Assembly: GCA_005110395.1 (NCBI GenBank)
Contig: DUDU01000059.1
Location: 5,877 to 69,876, forward strand
Origin: Candidatus Melainabacteria bacterium
GTDB taxonomy: Bacteria; Cyanobacteriota; Vampirovibrionia; Caenarcaniphilales; Caenarcanaceae
DNA length: 64,000 nucleotides
Reading direction: 5' to 3'
Position 1 is the first letter of the stretch, and each line of letters starts with the position of its first letter. Positions 51,400 through 61,948 of the stretch are shown piece by piece. Position numbers and translations under genes: made by a program. A model generated the notes under the pieces. The model did not search any database, had not been told where the DNA came from, and worked only from the letters and a program-made list of their open reading frames with translations.

Positions 51400-52143
51400 A
51401 TGCAAGAAAAAAAAGATGCTCTAAATAATAAGACTGCCAATTCATTAGAAGTGGACTCAAAAAATTTAGACTTAAAGAAATTAGATTTAGGAGAATTGGT
51501 TTGTATTGGCCAAATTATAAAGCCACATGGAGTGAAAGGGCATTTCAAAGCATTATTTACTTTGCCTGGTGGGTTGAGATTAGAAGATCTTGCTTATGTA
51601 ATTCTTGAAAAAGCTCCATTTAAGCTTCAAATTAGAGAAGCCAGATTTATTGATGGAAATTTTGCCTTAATTGCTTTTAAATCAATCAATTCTCCAGAAG
51701 CAGGCAATGAGTATAGAGGAGAAAAAATTCATTTACCAAAATCTTTTATTGGTGAACTGCCAGAAAGTGAATTCTATATTGCGGATTTAATTGGTGCGGA
51801 AGTATTTGATGAAGAGAAAAAAGAAATAATTGGTCATGTAATGGATTTCGAAGATATTCCCGGTAATGCTTTGCTAAGAATAAAACTCAATGAAACTACA
51901 GCGACACAATTAGCTCTCAAAAAAGCATCATTGGATGAGGAAAAAAATGCTCAAATTATAAAAAAAGAAAAAAAGAATATTCGACTCGAAGATAAAAAAT
52001 CAAATGATAAAGATACGGTTTTTTTATTGCCTTTTGTTGATGAATATATCTTTAGTGTTCATGTCGATTCAGAGAAGATTCAAGGACAAATTAATAAAAT
52101 AATCACGGTTAAAAATTGGGAAATGTTTATGATGATCGATTAA
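51400..52143 (+). CDS. rimM: 16S rRNA processing protein RimM with N-terminal extension and a K/E-rich insertion
   Basis: IGQIIKPHGVKGHFK core motif plus C-terminal PRC-barrel-like region. Confidence 0.7.
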   Translation: MQEKKDALNNKTANSLEVDSKNLDLKKLDLGELVCIGQIIKPHGVKGHFKALFTLPGGLRLEDLAYVILEKAPFKLQIREARFIDGNFALIAFKSINSPEAGNEYRGEKIHLPKSFIGELPESEFYIADLIGAEVFDEEKKEIIGHVMDFEDIPGNALLRIKLNETTATQLALKKASLDEEKNAQIIKKEKKNIRLEDKKSNDKDTVFLLPFVDEYIFSVHVDSEKIQGQINKIITVKNWEMFMMID

Positions 52144-52339
52144 ACATGATTAACAGCTGCCTAAGGCTTGAATTAATGTGACAAATTTTAAGATACACAT
52201 TAGAACTCTTCAGATTTAAGTGAAGGAAAGAAAGTTGAACTTTGATCATAGAACTTACTTAGATTCAAAATGCAGAAATTATGAAAACCTGAATGTTGTA
52301 ATATAAGAAGAAATTTCTCAAATAGACAGATTCAAAAAA

Positions 52340-54652
52340 ATGGTTTTATCGAATAATCTTGGTTTTCCTCGTATCGGCGCAAATCGCGAATTCAAATTTG
52401 CCACCGAAAAGTTTTGGAAAAGTGATATCTCTGAACAAGAGCTTCTCAAGCAATTAGCTGATTTAAGAGCTCAGAATTGGAAATTGCAAAAAGACAAAGG
52501 AATTGATCTTATTCCATCAAATGATTTCACCTATTACGATCAAGTACTCGATGCCTGCTGTTTATTTGGAGCCATTCCAGAGCGCTACTCAAAGCTAAAT
52601 ACGCAAGATAAAGTTAGTCTTGAATTATATTATTCTATGGCTCGCGGCAATACCAAAGCCGATCTCACCGCTATGGAAATGACCAAATGGTTTGATACAA
52701 ATTATCATTATATTGTCCCTGAATTTACCAAAAGCCAAGAGTTCAAGATTCAGTCAGATAAAATATTTGCCGAATTTGAAGAAGCTAAAAAATTAGGAAT
52801 TATTACCAAACCTGTTTTGATTGGCCCAGTAACCTTTCTCAGCTTGGGTAAAGAAAAAACTGATGATTTTAGTCGTTTTGATTTACTTGAAAAGCTCATT
52901 CCTGTTTATGCTGAAGTACTGAGCAAGCTGAGCGATCTCGGTGCTGAATGGATACAAATTGATGAGCCTTGTTTGGTCATGGATTTAAGTCCTGAACAGA
53001 AAGATGCTTATAAGAAATCAAATGAATTATTGCCTAAAGCTTTGCCTGCTTCATTTAAATCCAAGCTTTTATTAGCAACTTATTTTGAAGGTATTGAAAA
53101 GAATATTGATTTGATTAATTCTTTTTGGAGTGGATTACATGTTGACTTAGTCAGAAATCCAGAACAGCTTGATTTAGTTATTAGCAAAATACCTCAAGGC
53201 AAATACACTTCAATTGGCTTAATTGATGGACGTAATATTTGGAAAAATGATTTGAGCAAATCAATTGAAACTGCTCAAAAAGTTCTCAGCAAAATTGATT
53301 CAAATTATTTGATCATTTCTCCTTCATGCTCCTTAATTCATTCACCAGTTGATTTAGCAGGTGAAACAAAATTAAATCCCGAAATCAAGAATTGGATGTC
53401 TTATGCCGTTCAAAAGCTCGATGAAGTGCAAGCAATTAAAGATAGTCTGAATGGAAAAGCTTCCCCAGCGACAGAACAATATATTGCTGAAAATAAAAAA
53501 GCAAATGAATCACGCACAAAGTCCGCATTAGTTCATATTCAACCAGTCAAAGAGCGTTCTAGCCAAGTAACGGAAAAAGATACTCAAAGAAATTCTCAAT
53601 TTGAACAAAGAAAAGTTCAGCAGCAGAAATTACTCAAGCTACCACTTTTCCCAACCACCACCATTGGTTCTTTCCCACAAACAGCCGAAGTTCGTTCTGC
53701 TAGAGCCAAATTCAAGAAAGGCGAAATCTCCCCCTCTGAATATGACACTTTTATTCGCAAAGGGATAACAGAAGCAATTAAACTCCAAGAAGAAATTGAA
53801 ATGGATGTGCTTGTGCATGGTGAATTTGAACGGAATGACATGGTTGAATATTTTGGTGAATATTTAACTGGCTTTACAACTTCTCAAAATGGCTGGGTTC
53901 AATCTTATGGTACTCGCTGCGTCAAACCGCCAGTTATTTACGGTGATGTTTCACGCATTTCTGCAATGACAGTTGAATATACTTCTTTTGCACAATCTCT
54001 TACTCCTAAGCCTGTCAAAGGAATGCTCACTGGACCCGTTACTATTCTACAGTGGTCATTTGTGCGTGACGATCAACCTCGCTCAGAGACAGCCAAACAA
54101 ATTGCGCTCGCCATACTTGATGAAGTAATTGATTTGGAAAAAGCTGGAATTAAAGTAATTCAAATTGATGAACCCGCTTTTCGTGAAGGATTGCCACTCA
54201 GAAATGAAGACAAACCTAAATATCTTAAATGGGCAACCGAAGTATTCAGGCTCTCTAGCTCGAATGTAAATGATGATACTCAAATACATACTCACATGTG
54301 CTATTCCGAGTTCAATGACATAATCAGCAATATTGCCGATATGGATGCTGATGTAATCACCATTGAAACTTCTCGCTCTCAGATGGAGCTGTTGGAAGCA
54401 TTTGAGAAATTTGATTATCCAAATCAGATTGGACCAGGAGTATATGATATTCACTCACCAAGAGTACCAACCAAACAGGAAATGGAAAATTTACTCGAAA
54501 AAGCAGGTCGTGTGCTGCCTAAAGACAATATTTGGGTTAACCCTGATTGTGGACTTAAAACACGTGCTTGGGAAGAAGTAAAGCCATCACTTGTAAATAT
54601 GATTCAAGCTGCAAAAGAGCTTAGAAAGCAAGTTATGAGTTCAGTTAGTTAG
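52340..54652 (+). CDS. metE: Cobalamin-independent methionine synthase
   Basis: 770 aa two-domain MetE; zinc-ligand HMCYSEF and IQIDEPA motifs. Confidence 0.95.
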   Translation: MVLSNNLGFPRIGANREFKFATEKFWKSDISEQELLKQLADLRAQNWKLQKDKGIDLIPSNDFTYYDQVLDACCLFGAIPERYSKLNTQDKVSLELYYSMARGNTKADLTAMEMTKWFDTNYHYIVPEFTKSQEFKIQSDKIFAEFEEAKKLGIITKPVLIGPVTFLSLGKEKTDDFSRFDLLEKLIPVYAEVLSKLSDLGAEWIQIDEPCLVMDLSPEQKDAYKKSNELLPKALPASFKSKLLLATYFEGIEKNIDLINSFWSGLHVDLVRNPEQLDLVISKIPQGKYTSIGLIDGRNIWKNDLSKSIETAQKVLSKIDSNYLIISPSCSLIHSPVDLAGETKLNPEIKNWMSYAVQKLDEVQAIKDSLNGKASPATEQYIAENKKANESRTKSALVHIQPVKERSSQVTEKDTQRNSQFEQRKVQQQKLLKLPLFPTTTIGSFPQTAEVRSARAKFKKGEISPSEYDTFIRKGITEAIKLQEEIEMDVLVHGEFERNDMVEYFGEYLTGFTTSQNGWVQSYGTRCVKPPVIYGDVSRISAMTVEYTSFAQSLTPKPVKGMLTGPVTILQWSFVRDDQPRSETAKQIALAILDEVIDLEKAGIKVIQIDEPAFREGLPLRNEDKPKYLKWATEVFRLSSSNVNDDTQIHTHMCYSEFNDIISNIADMDADVITIETSRSQMELLEAFEKFDYPNQIGPGVYDIHSPRVPTKQEMENLLEKAGRVLPKDNIWVNPDCGLKTRAWEEVKPSLVNMIQAAKELRKQVMSSVS

Positions 54653-54668
54653 GCTAGATAAAACAATC

Positions 54669-55274
54669 ATGGAAGAAAGACGCTTTATTAATGATGTGAT
54701 AAAGCCTTGGGAAGATTTGAATGATTTACTTTGCCAAAATTATGCAGTTCAATCTGATCTTTCTGAAATAACAAGATTAGCTTGTGCATTAGCAGTTTCA
54801 ATTAGGCATCAAGTTGATTTCTTTCTTCCTTTTCAGAATAAAAAAGTGAGTCCATTTTGTTTTGCACATCAATTAATAACTGATCTTGCAGATTTCTCTA
54901 AGCATGGTTCACTTCACAATACTGGTCGAAACTGTACAATTACCTCATCTTCGGCTTTTGAATTTTGCGAAGATAAAGGCTTTCGCTTTATTCGAAATAT
55001 TGTTAGGCTCAATCACAATACTTTTGGTGAGTATGACTTTATGAAAATATCAGCTCAAGCAATTGGATTTTGGATTAAACAGAAACAAATTTCTCATAAT
55101 TGGATTGGCATCTTAAAAGAAAGCCTTCATTCTTTTGAGCCTATAGCCAGACTCATCTTTAATCCTAATTTCTGTTACTCTATGAATTCAACTGCTTTTC
55201 ACTTCTTACAAAAAAACCCCAATGGTGAATATGTACCAGTTGAACCATCATGGGGAGGATTGGAGATCTATTAA
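54669..55274 (+). CDS. Hypothetical protein (201 aa), Cys/His-rich
   Basis: ORF 17 nt after the metE stop; no motif recognised. Confidence 0.45.
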   Translation: MEERRFINDVIKPWEDLNDLLCQNYAVQSDLSEITRLACALAVSIRHQVDFFLPFQNKKVSPFCFAHQLITDLADFSKHGSLHNTGRNCTITSSSAFEFCEDKGFRFIRNIVRLNHNTFGEYDFMKISAQAIGFWIKQKQISHNWIGILKESLHSFEPIARLIFNPNFCYSMNSTAFHFLQKNPNGEYVPVEPSWGGLEIY

Positions 55275-55407
55275 GCGTCTTATATTTCTCCTCTTCCAAT
55301 AAAATCCAAAATTTATGCTTGCCGCTTATTCTGCTTTCGGCAATTACCTAAAAGCAAAGTCTGCAAAAAATATCTAGAAACAAAAGTAAAAAAATTTAGG
55401 ACAATTT

Positions 55408-56586
55408 TTACGTTGTGTATTCAGCATTTATACGAACATATTCATAGCTGAGATCGCACCCCCAAGCTAGCCCTAGATTTTGTATTTTTTCTCCCACAAT
55501 CAACTCAACCTTTATTTCTTTGGATTCTTTCATCTGCGCCGATAAAGCTGGCTTGTCATATTCGCAAACTTTCCCAGCATCTAAAAGTACAGTATCAAAT
55601 ATTTTAAGCCTTGCCTTTTCCATATCGACTTGCCCATATTGTCCAGCCGCTGCCAGAAATCTTCCCCAATTAGGATCATTACCAAATATGGCTGTTTTTA
55701 CCAGAAGTGAATTAGCCACTCCTTTGGCCATAATGCGAGCTTCTTCCTCGGTTGAGCTTCCTTTTATTTGTATTTCAAAAATTTTGGTTGCACCCTCTCC
55801 ATCAATTACAACTTGCTTCGCCAAATCTACATTTATTTCAGTTAGCGCAGCATGAAAATCTTCGTGGCTGATTTCTTTACCAACTTTTTCACCACTCGCC
55901 CCATTAGCCAAAACTAATATCATGTCATTAGTACTAGTATCTCCATCTACCGTGATTTGATTAAAAGATTTGGCATTGGCTATATCAAGTGAATTTTGTA
56001 ATTCTTTTGAATCAATTTTTAAATCGGTAACTATAAAAGTCAAAGTAGTTGCCATTTGCGGATTAATCATTCCAGAGCCTTTAGTAACCCCGATTATTTT
56101 GCTTTTATTACCTATTTGTTTTTCACTAAATTTAATATCCAAATCTGTAGTGAGAATTGCTTCGGCGAAATCTTTGTAATTATTACTCAGTTGGTTATGG
56201 AGAGCTGTTAATGAGTTAATTACTGGCTCTTTGGGTAATGGAATACCAATAATACCTGTACTTGCTGTAAGTATTGAATTTATATCAATTGAAAACAATT
56301 CAGCCAAGCTCTTTTTGATTTCTCTCAGTGAATCGAGTCCGGCTTCTCCAGTACAGGCGTTTGCATTCCCTGAATTTACAATAACGGCTTTTATAGAATT
56401 ACCAGATTTAATAACTGACTGATTATCAATGACACAATGAGCTTTTACCGAATTAGTTGTGAAAACACCCGCAACGCTGCATGGTACTTCTGAGTATATA
56501 ATTCCAAGATCTTTTTTCTTGGATTGTTTAATACCGCAGAATAACCCAGCACTCAAAAAGCCATTCGGCAAACTAAATTTTTTCAT
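55408..56586 (-). CDS. argJ: Bifunctional glutamate N-acetyltransferase / amino-acid acetyltransferase
   Basis: ArgJ fold signature ...ATTLTFIVTD... (autoproteolytic Thr region); 392 aa. Confidence 0.9.
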   Translation of the reverse strand: MKKFSLPNGFLSAGLFCGIKQSKKKDLGIIYSEVPCSVAGVFTTNSVKAHCVIDNQSVIKSGNSIKAVIVNSGNANACTGEAGLDSLREIKKSLAELFSIDINSILTASTGIIGIPLPKEPVINSLTALHNQLSNNYKDFAEAILTTDLDIKFSEKQIGNKSKIIGVTKGSGMINPQMATTLTFIVTDLKIDSKELQNSLDIANAKSFNQITVDGDTSTNDMILVLANGASGEKVGKEISHEDFHAALTEINVDLAKQVVIDGEGATKIFEIQIKGSSTEEEARIMAKGVANSLLVKTAIFGNDPNWGRFLAAAGQYGQVDMEKARLKIFDTVLLDAGKVCEYDKPALSAQMKESKEIKVELIVGEKIQNLGLAWGCDLSYEYVRINAEYTT

Positions 56587-56653
56587 ATTAATAATTCAAG
56601 CCAATTGCAAAAAACTAAGCAGATAAACACGTTAAAGAAGGTAAAAATGATCT

Positions 56654-57595
56654 CTATTTTTTATCTAAAAATTGTTTTTCAATTTCGATTCTCTTTTTAG
56701 CAGCTTGAACTTTAATCTTTTTTAGAGCATCTTCTTTAAGGAAAAGCTTTGCACGATTTCTAAGCCAAGGTGATGTTCTGCTGACCATCATTGCGTACTC
56801 ATAGTTAGGAAATTCAGGATTACGTGTGTGGCTATTTGCAATTCTTTGAAAATCTTCTTCACCGAGTCTACTTGCTTTGAAATTATATTCACAGACAGGA
56901 ATTGGAACTAGAGCTTTTTTCTGTCCATCTTTAAATTCTCGGAATAAATAGGAAGTAACTTTTCCATACAGCGTGTCAGTACTAGGATCATATTCAACTT
57001 CTCTATAAAAGACTTGTGCTTTAAAATCTCGATTGTCCTTTGGTGAAGGTAGCCATGCGAAATTCCATACCAAACGATTACCTTTGGCCTTCATTGCATA
57101 ATATGCCATTTTGACATCACCATAACTCGTCAGGTCATAACCTTTGGTTGCACTTTCAAGAGTAATAAATCCAATATGTTCTATTTCATTCGGTGCAGGT
57201 TTGGTTTGATCAACTTTGAATACTCTTCCTTGAGCATTGTAATAATTTTTTTGCCAAGTGACTCCTTTTTGGAGAGTATATCCATCAGCAGGAGTAATAA
57301 TAAACATCCAATGCCCCTTCCAGGAATTCCCTTTAGGAGCTGGCTTTTGTACGATTCTCTTCATAATATCTTTGTGAGCAGGAGACAAAGTATTGTTGTT
57401 TCCTGGCTTCCAAGGAGGAAGAGAATTAATGTAGGCCTCATAATCTTTATTTGGATTTTTGCTTTCAGTCCCAGTTGATGAATTAGTTGAAGCTGAATTA
57501 TTGTCTTTAGTAATAGTTGATTTATTACAGCTTGATACAAAAAAGACCAAAATAATTATTGAAACAATTTGAAGCTGAATTATCTGTTTTTTCAT
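56654..57595 (-). CDS. Lipoprotein (313 aa)
   Basis: IILVFFVSSC lipobox; follows the Cys-rich gene pair on the same strand. Confidence 0.6.
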   Translation of the reverse strand: MKKQIIQLQIVSIIILVFFVSSCNKSTITKDNNSASTNSSTGTESKNPNKDYEAYINSLPPWKPGNNNTLSPAHKDIMKRIVQKPAPKGNSWKGHWMFIITPADGYTLQKGVTWQKNYYNAQGRVFKVDQTKPAPNEIEHIGFITLESATKGYDLTSYGDVKMAYYAMKAKGNRLVWNFAWLPSPKDNRDFKAQVFYREVEYDPSTDTLYGKVTSYLFREFKDGQKKALVPIPVCEYNFKASRLGEEDFQRIANSHTRNPEFPNYEYAMMVSRTSPWLRNRAKLFLKEDALKKIKVQAAKKRIEIEKQFLDKK

Positions 57596-57669
57596 TATTG
57601 TTAATTGTATGAATTTCGCGTAAATGCTTTATTGAAGGAAGCTTGTGAGTTTAGTTATTTGGATAAGTA

Positions 57670-59181
57670 CTAATTCATTGCAGCGAATACTGTCGTTTCA
57701 TCTCCATGCATACCATCAAACCATAAGTCGAAAGTATCTCCTCCATATATAACTTTGTTACCAACTTTTTGTTTAAAACCATTACGAAGATAAGGATAAG
57801 CTGCAGATTCACCAATCGCAATCGGGGATTGATTATTAGCAGTTGGAATTCCAATCTCAACTACTTGCAGATCACTCAGTTTTTCAATTTCGGATGGTTG
57901 TGAAATCGCATCTTCATTTAAATCAAACCAAATCACTAAGTCTTTTAATTCATCGCCTTCAATTAAGTTATTGTGATCCTTATCTCTTAGATTGGATAAA
58001 GCAGCATATCCATTTTTGTATTTTTTGCCATTTGTATATTCTCCGAATAACTCTTTTCCATTATCAATAGAGCCGTTGTGATTGAAGTCAGAGGCAAGCA
58101 AACCAATTTTTGTAGTGCCCGGAATCCATGAAGTCCAGAGAGAGTTTAAACCATTGTATTTGAATGAGACTTTGGAATTGCCTATTAGATCAAGATCTTG
58201 ATTAGAACCGAATTGGCCAAACCGAAGAACTAATGGGCATCCACAAGCAGCCGCAGGATCACCGTGATAATCATCGACAGGTACATCATGTATGAGGGTT
58301 CCATCAGGTGCAGTGACACAGGTATATCTCGATGTTATATTAGGCACATATCCAGTTGGAAGATCGCAGCCAGCGGTTTTGGCACAAGATAATACTTCTT
58401 CTGGAGCCGCACATTTGCATAATCCAGGATTTTGAACTGCTGGATTAAAAACACAAGAATTGACTATGCATGTCTTGCAATTAGTACTGGCATTTGCAAC
58501 AGTACACGAGATTGAACTATCATTGGAGCATTTGCCTGAAGTAGGACAAATTTCGCAAACACTACTTGCATTGGACGTTGTACAAGAGCATGTTCCAGAT
58601 GTGCAAGGGCAAGTTCCAGTAGGAGTTGGAGTTGGAGTTGGTGTTGTTGGTGTTGTGGGAGTTGGTGTTGGTGTAGATGGCGGAGGTGATGGAATTGTGC
58701 ATGTTGTGGCTGTACAAGAAGAGAGAGAACAACTATGGTCAGTACAGACTTTACAAACGGGGTTTGCATCTGTTGATGTGCAAGTACAGGCACTATTGTT
58801 GTCTGGACATAAACATGAACCATGACAAATGGCACTTCCATTTTGGCCGATGCAAGTTCCAGACGTAGGAGGCACCAAGGGAGGTATTTCACAACTGGCT
58901 GAAGCACAGTTATCATCTCTAAGGCAACATACCTCACATGATTTGGAAGAACCAGTTATACAATCTGCTGAAGGACCAACGGTGTGCCCTGGACCAACTC
59001 CGGCTCCAGGTGAACTTCCGGGTCCAGCTCCACCACCACAGGCCGCTGGCTTTGCACAAATTCCACCACCGATATCAACTTCTCCAGGAGGGCATGAATA
59101 TGCTTTTTGTATTGAAGCATTTTGCCAAAAACAAAATAAGCCAAAAAATAATACAAAAATAAAGACGTAAAGTTTTTTCAT
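57670..59181 (-). CDS. Secreted cysteine-rich protein (503 aa) with PT-repeat linker and C-terminal EF-hand/dockerin-like Ca-binding pair
   Basis: Signal peptide; >50 Cys in CxC/CxxC arrays; PTPTPTTPTTPTPTPTPT linker; DFNHNGSIDNGKE and DKDHNNLIEGDE loops. Confidence 0.65.
   Translation of the reverse strand: MKKLYVFIFVLFFGLFCFWQNASIQKAYSCPPGEVDIGGGICAKPAACGGGAGPGSSPGAGVGPGHTVGPSADCITGSSKSCEVCCLRDDNCASASCEIPPLVPPTSGTCIGQNGSAICHGSCLCPDNNSACTCTSTDANPVCKVCTDHSCSLSSCTATTCTIPSPPPSTPTPTPTTPTTPTPTPTPTGTCPCTSGTCSCTTSNASSVCEICPTSGKCSNDSSISCTVANASTNCKTCIVNSCVFNPAVQNPGLCKCAAPEEVLSCAKTAGCDLPTGYVPNITSRYTCVTAPDGTLIHDVPVDDYHGDPAAACGCPLVLRFGQFGSNQDLDLIGNSKVSFKYNGLNSLWTSWIPGTTKIGLLASDFNHNGSIDNGKELFGEYTNGKKYKNGYAALSNLRDKDHNNLIEGDELKDLVIWFDLNEDAISQPSEIEKLSDLQVVEIGIPTANNQSPIAIGESAAYPYLRNGFKQKVGNKVIYGGDTFDLWFDGMHGDETTVFAAMN
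58612..58676. repeat. Imperfect hexanucleotide (gttggw) tandem repeat encoding the Pro-Thr linker
   Basis: gttggagttggagttggtgttgttggtgttgtgggagttggtgttggtg; in-frame simple-sequence repeat. Confidence 0.6.
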
Positions 59182-59446
59182 TGATTTGGCTGGAGCTGAA
59201 GCTTAGTAATTTAAATTAGTTAACTAAATTCTAACTAGATGAGTAAATCAAAACAAGGTCTTTATGAACAACCAACAAAGGCTCATCTGTGCAATATCAC
59301 TAGTTCTTCATTTCTTGAGAAGGCAGAGTGCCTTATATTGCACAAAGACACGCTTATAGAAAATCTTTGAGCAGTTATAGTGACATCTCAGTAAATTTTC
59401 AACATTGGTTTTCAATAGAAAGATTTAGTGTAATTACCATTGATGA

Positions 59447-61696
59447 TTAGGGAGAACATGAAATCTTATCTCCATTCTTGTATACATAATCTTTTCCATA
59501 GCCACCTCTTGGCTCAGCTACACTGATTACTGGACAATATTTTCCAGTGCATGGAGTTCGTTGATTGCCGCAACATGGAGGTGGGGTTAATTCTACTGGA
59601 TAGTGTGCAGCTTCAGAGCAAAACTCATCACAAACACCGCAACATCCCATAATAGGTCCTCCCACTCCCGCAGCAACGCAATACCCTTTTCCTGAGATCT
59701 TTACATATCTTCCTCCCTCAGGACAGCATGAGCTTTTTGGTATACAAGCTGGATCGCTTGGATCAGTACAAACTTGGGGTGCGCAACATTCACCTTTTAG
59801 GTTTCCATTTGAACATTCAGGGAATCCTCCAGGAACGGGAATGTGAGAAGAGTCATGAAGAGTTGTTGCAAAAGTATATCCTGGCAAATCACCGCTAGGA
59901 ACTGCTTTGTAGGCCCAACTGTTTTCACAGTATCTCGTAACTCCACCTACAACACAACTGTGGCTGTGTGCAATAGTATTATTAGCGCCACCAAAATCAA
60001 CAGTTCTTTTGCCACAATAAGCTATTAATTCAGCTGGTTCAGCATCTTTACAGCAATGTCTTTCCTTGCAATCTCTTCTATATTTGCACTGAATTTGGAA
60101 CAACAATGGGTTCAATTTATAAAAAGAGGTGTTTGTCCACCATTGCCCCCGCATAGTTACGCTTGCTTCCTGAATAGTACTTTTGTCCTTGCAAGTACCG
60201 TATTGTCCACATTGCGAACTTCCTGGATCGCAAATACTGCATACCGAGTTGTAAGGAATAAGCTGATCCAAAGCACTAGATAAACTATTGACAGTTTTTG
60301 CACCATTTCCCGCAAGATTTGCTGCATCATCTTGTTCTTTTTGAACCAAGTCAGGTTTAATCACTTTGGTGGTGGCATCAAATGAACTGTCTTCGTATGG
60401 ACCTTTCCATTTCCTTACAGACTGAGATCCATTTCTGCATGATACTTGAACATCTTCATTACTTGCAGTTTTTCTTCTAATAATTACGCTACTACCGCTT
60501 CCATCCAAGTCAGTAATTTCACCACTCATATTAGATAACTCAATGCCACCACTTCTTGGATGCTCCTGAGTCTTGACAAAAAAGTAACGATCCGCATTAC
60601 CTAAATAATCAACATCATTCACAGTTTTTGCTGGCTTACTTGCAGTTAAGTTTCGTCCATATGCATCACGCCCCATAGACGAATATTTCAAGCCAATCAA
60701 AATTAGTGGATCTATATCACCGCAATTGTATATTTTTGCAATTCCAGGGAAATTAGTGTTATTTCCAGTGCAGTCGCTGGAATTTGTATTTGTAATATTT
60801 GTTGGACAAGAACAATTACTATCAGGACAGGCATCTGAAACTTCTCCCTTTCTAGAATTGGGTGTTTGATCAACTGCATATGAGTTAGTTCCCAAAATTG
60901 TGCTGCTTTCATCTGGCCTACTTGTTCCCGCCGTAAAAGGTAAACAGTTTTTACTACTATTTATAAGCGTGGTTTGGCTTGTTGCACCTGTGACTCCACA
61001 ATCATCAGTGCTGCAAAAAACGAATGGTCTAACACCTGAACTCAACAATGATTGATTGAGCTTTATTGCTTCTCTTTGACCAACCGACCCACCTACAGTT
61101 CCGATAGAAGCCCCTCTACCCTCAAGCCATCCACCAGAGCCAAAGTTACCACCATCTGCATTCATGTACATTCGCTTCAATATCACTGGCCAACATCCAG
61201 CGCAATGAACAACGGTATAGTAAGTTATTTGATTTGTTGCAGGATTTCTTAGAGCTACGCAACCACTGAATTGAGAACCGCTTGATGATCCAAAAAAACT
61301 TGCGGGAGTTTCTATTCCTAAACCAATGAGTCTTTGTCTAACCGTAACTCCACTTGCTGCTTCTGTTATTTCATTAAATTCAGCATATTTAGCCTGACCT
61401 GTGCTGACGGCACTTATATAATTATCTCTGACTTTTTTATTGTATCCTGGTGGCATAGCATTGACTTCCGCCGCTGCAAGCTTGCACCTTTCTTCAACTT
61501 CATCTGAACCCAATTTATTATTAGTAGAAGCTTTCACCGCAATTTGTTGAGCAGCGGTATTCAGCGATGACTGAAGCCAAAAAAGCATTATAAATTCGAA
61601 CACCATCAAAAAAACTATGGTGTACAAAAGTATAAGGACTGGTATGTGAACAGGTACCGCGCCTTTTTTTGTTCTTGAATTAAAAGAATGAATCAT
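59447..61696 (-). CDS. Large cysteine-rich protein (749 aa) with TadE/TadG-like N-terminal pseudopilin-type anchor
   Basis: KKGAVPVHIPVLILLYTIVFLMVFEFIMLFWLQSSLNTAAQQIA resembles the TadE-like domain (GAVAIEFAL...), with E to H at the usual Glu. The rest is a Cys-rich extracellular domain. Confidence 0.6.
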   Translation of the reverse strand: MIHSFNSRTKKGAVPVHIPVLILLYTIVFLMVFEFIMLFWLQSSLNTAAQQIAVKASTNNKLGSDEVEERCKLAAAEVNAMPPGYNKKVRDNYISAVSTGQAKYAEFNEITEAASGVTVRQRLIGLGIETPASFFGSSSGSQFSGCVALRNPATNQITYYTVVHCAGCWPVILKRMYMNADGGNFGSGGWLEGRGASIGTVGGSVGQREAIKLNQSLLSSGVRPFVFCSTDDCGVTGATSQTTLINSSKNCLPFTAGTSRPDESSTILGTNSYAVDQTPNSRKGEVSDACPDSNCSCPTNITNTNSSDCTGNNTNFPGIAKIYNCGDIDPLILIGLKYSSMGRDAYGRNLTASKPAKTVNDVDYLGNADRYFFVKTQEHPRSGGIELSNMSGEITDLDGSGSSVIIRRKTASNEDVQVSCRNGSQSVRKWKGPYEDSSFDATTKVIKPDLVQKEQDDAANLAGNGAKTVNSLSSALDQLIPYNSVCSICDPGSSQCGQYGTCKDKSTIQEASVTMRGQWWTNTSFYKLNPLLFQIQCKYRRDCKERHCCKDAEPAELIAYCGKRTVDFGGANNTIAHSHSCVVGGVTRYCENSWAYKAVPSGDLPGYTFATTLHDSSHIPVPGGFPECSNGNLKGECCAPQVCTDPSDPACIPKSSCCPEGGRYVKISGKGYCVAAGVGGPIMGCCGVCDEFCSEAAHYPVELTPPPCCGNQRTPCTGKYCPVISVAEPRGGYGKDYVYKNGDKISCSP

Positions 61697-61924
61697 CCAT
61701 TAAATTGAATAATCTTAATAACCTTCAGTATTTCTTCCCTTAATCAATAGAGGGATAACTGAGCTTATTTCAATTGTATAAATTACCAGAGAGGATTGTT
61801 AAAAACCAACGAATGGATTATCCACCCACTTCATTGACAACTCTTTTATCTCCCGGATTCAAACTAACAATATATTGTGAGCAACTCCTAATGAATTTTG
61901 TACTCGAGGTTTAGTCAGACAAGA

Positions 61925-61948
61925 AAAATCTAAATCTAAATCTGAATC
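61925..61948. repeat. Hexamer tandem repeat (aaatct x3 + gaatct) ~230 bp upstream of the start of the TadE-like Cys-rich gene
   Basis: Read directly from the sequence. Confidence 0.5.

Noticed and set aside
52144-52339. Possible cobalamin or SAM riboswitch in the metE leader
   Set aside because: No B12-box or SAM-I/II conserved cores are visible in the ~195-nt leader.
58460-59170. Many overlapping ORFs in all frames (58460..58825, 58464..58937, 58677..58868, 58829..59170, 58938..59162, 58956..59156)
   Set aside because: They fall inside the low-complexity Cys/Pro/Thr-rich coding region of 57670..59181, where alternative frames stay open by composition. Only the long signal-peptide-bearing frame is kept.
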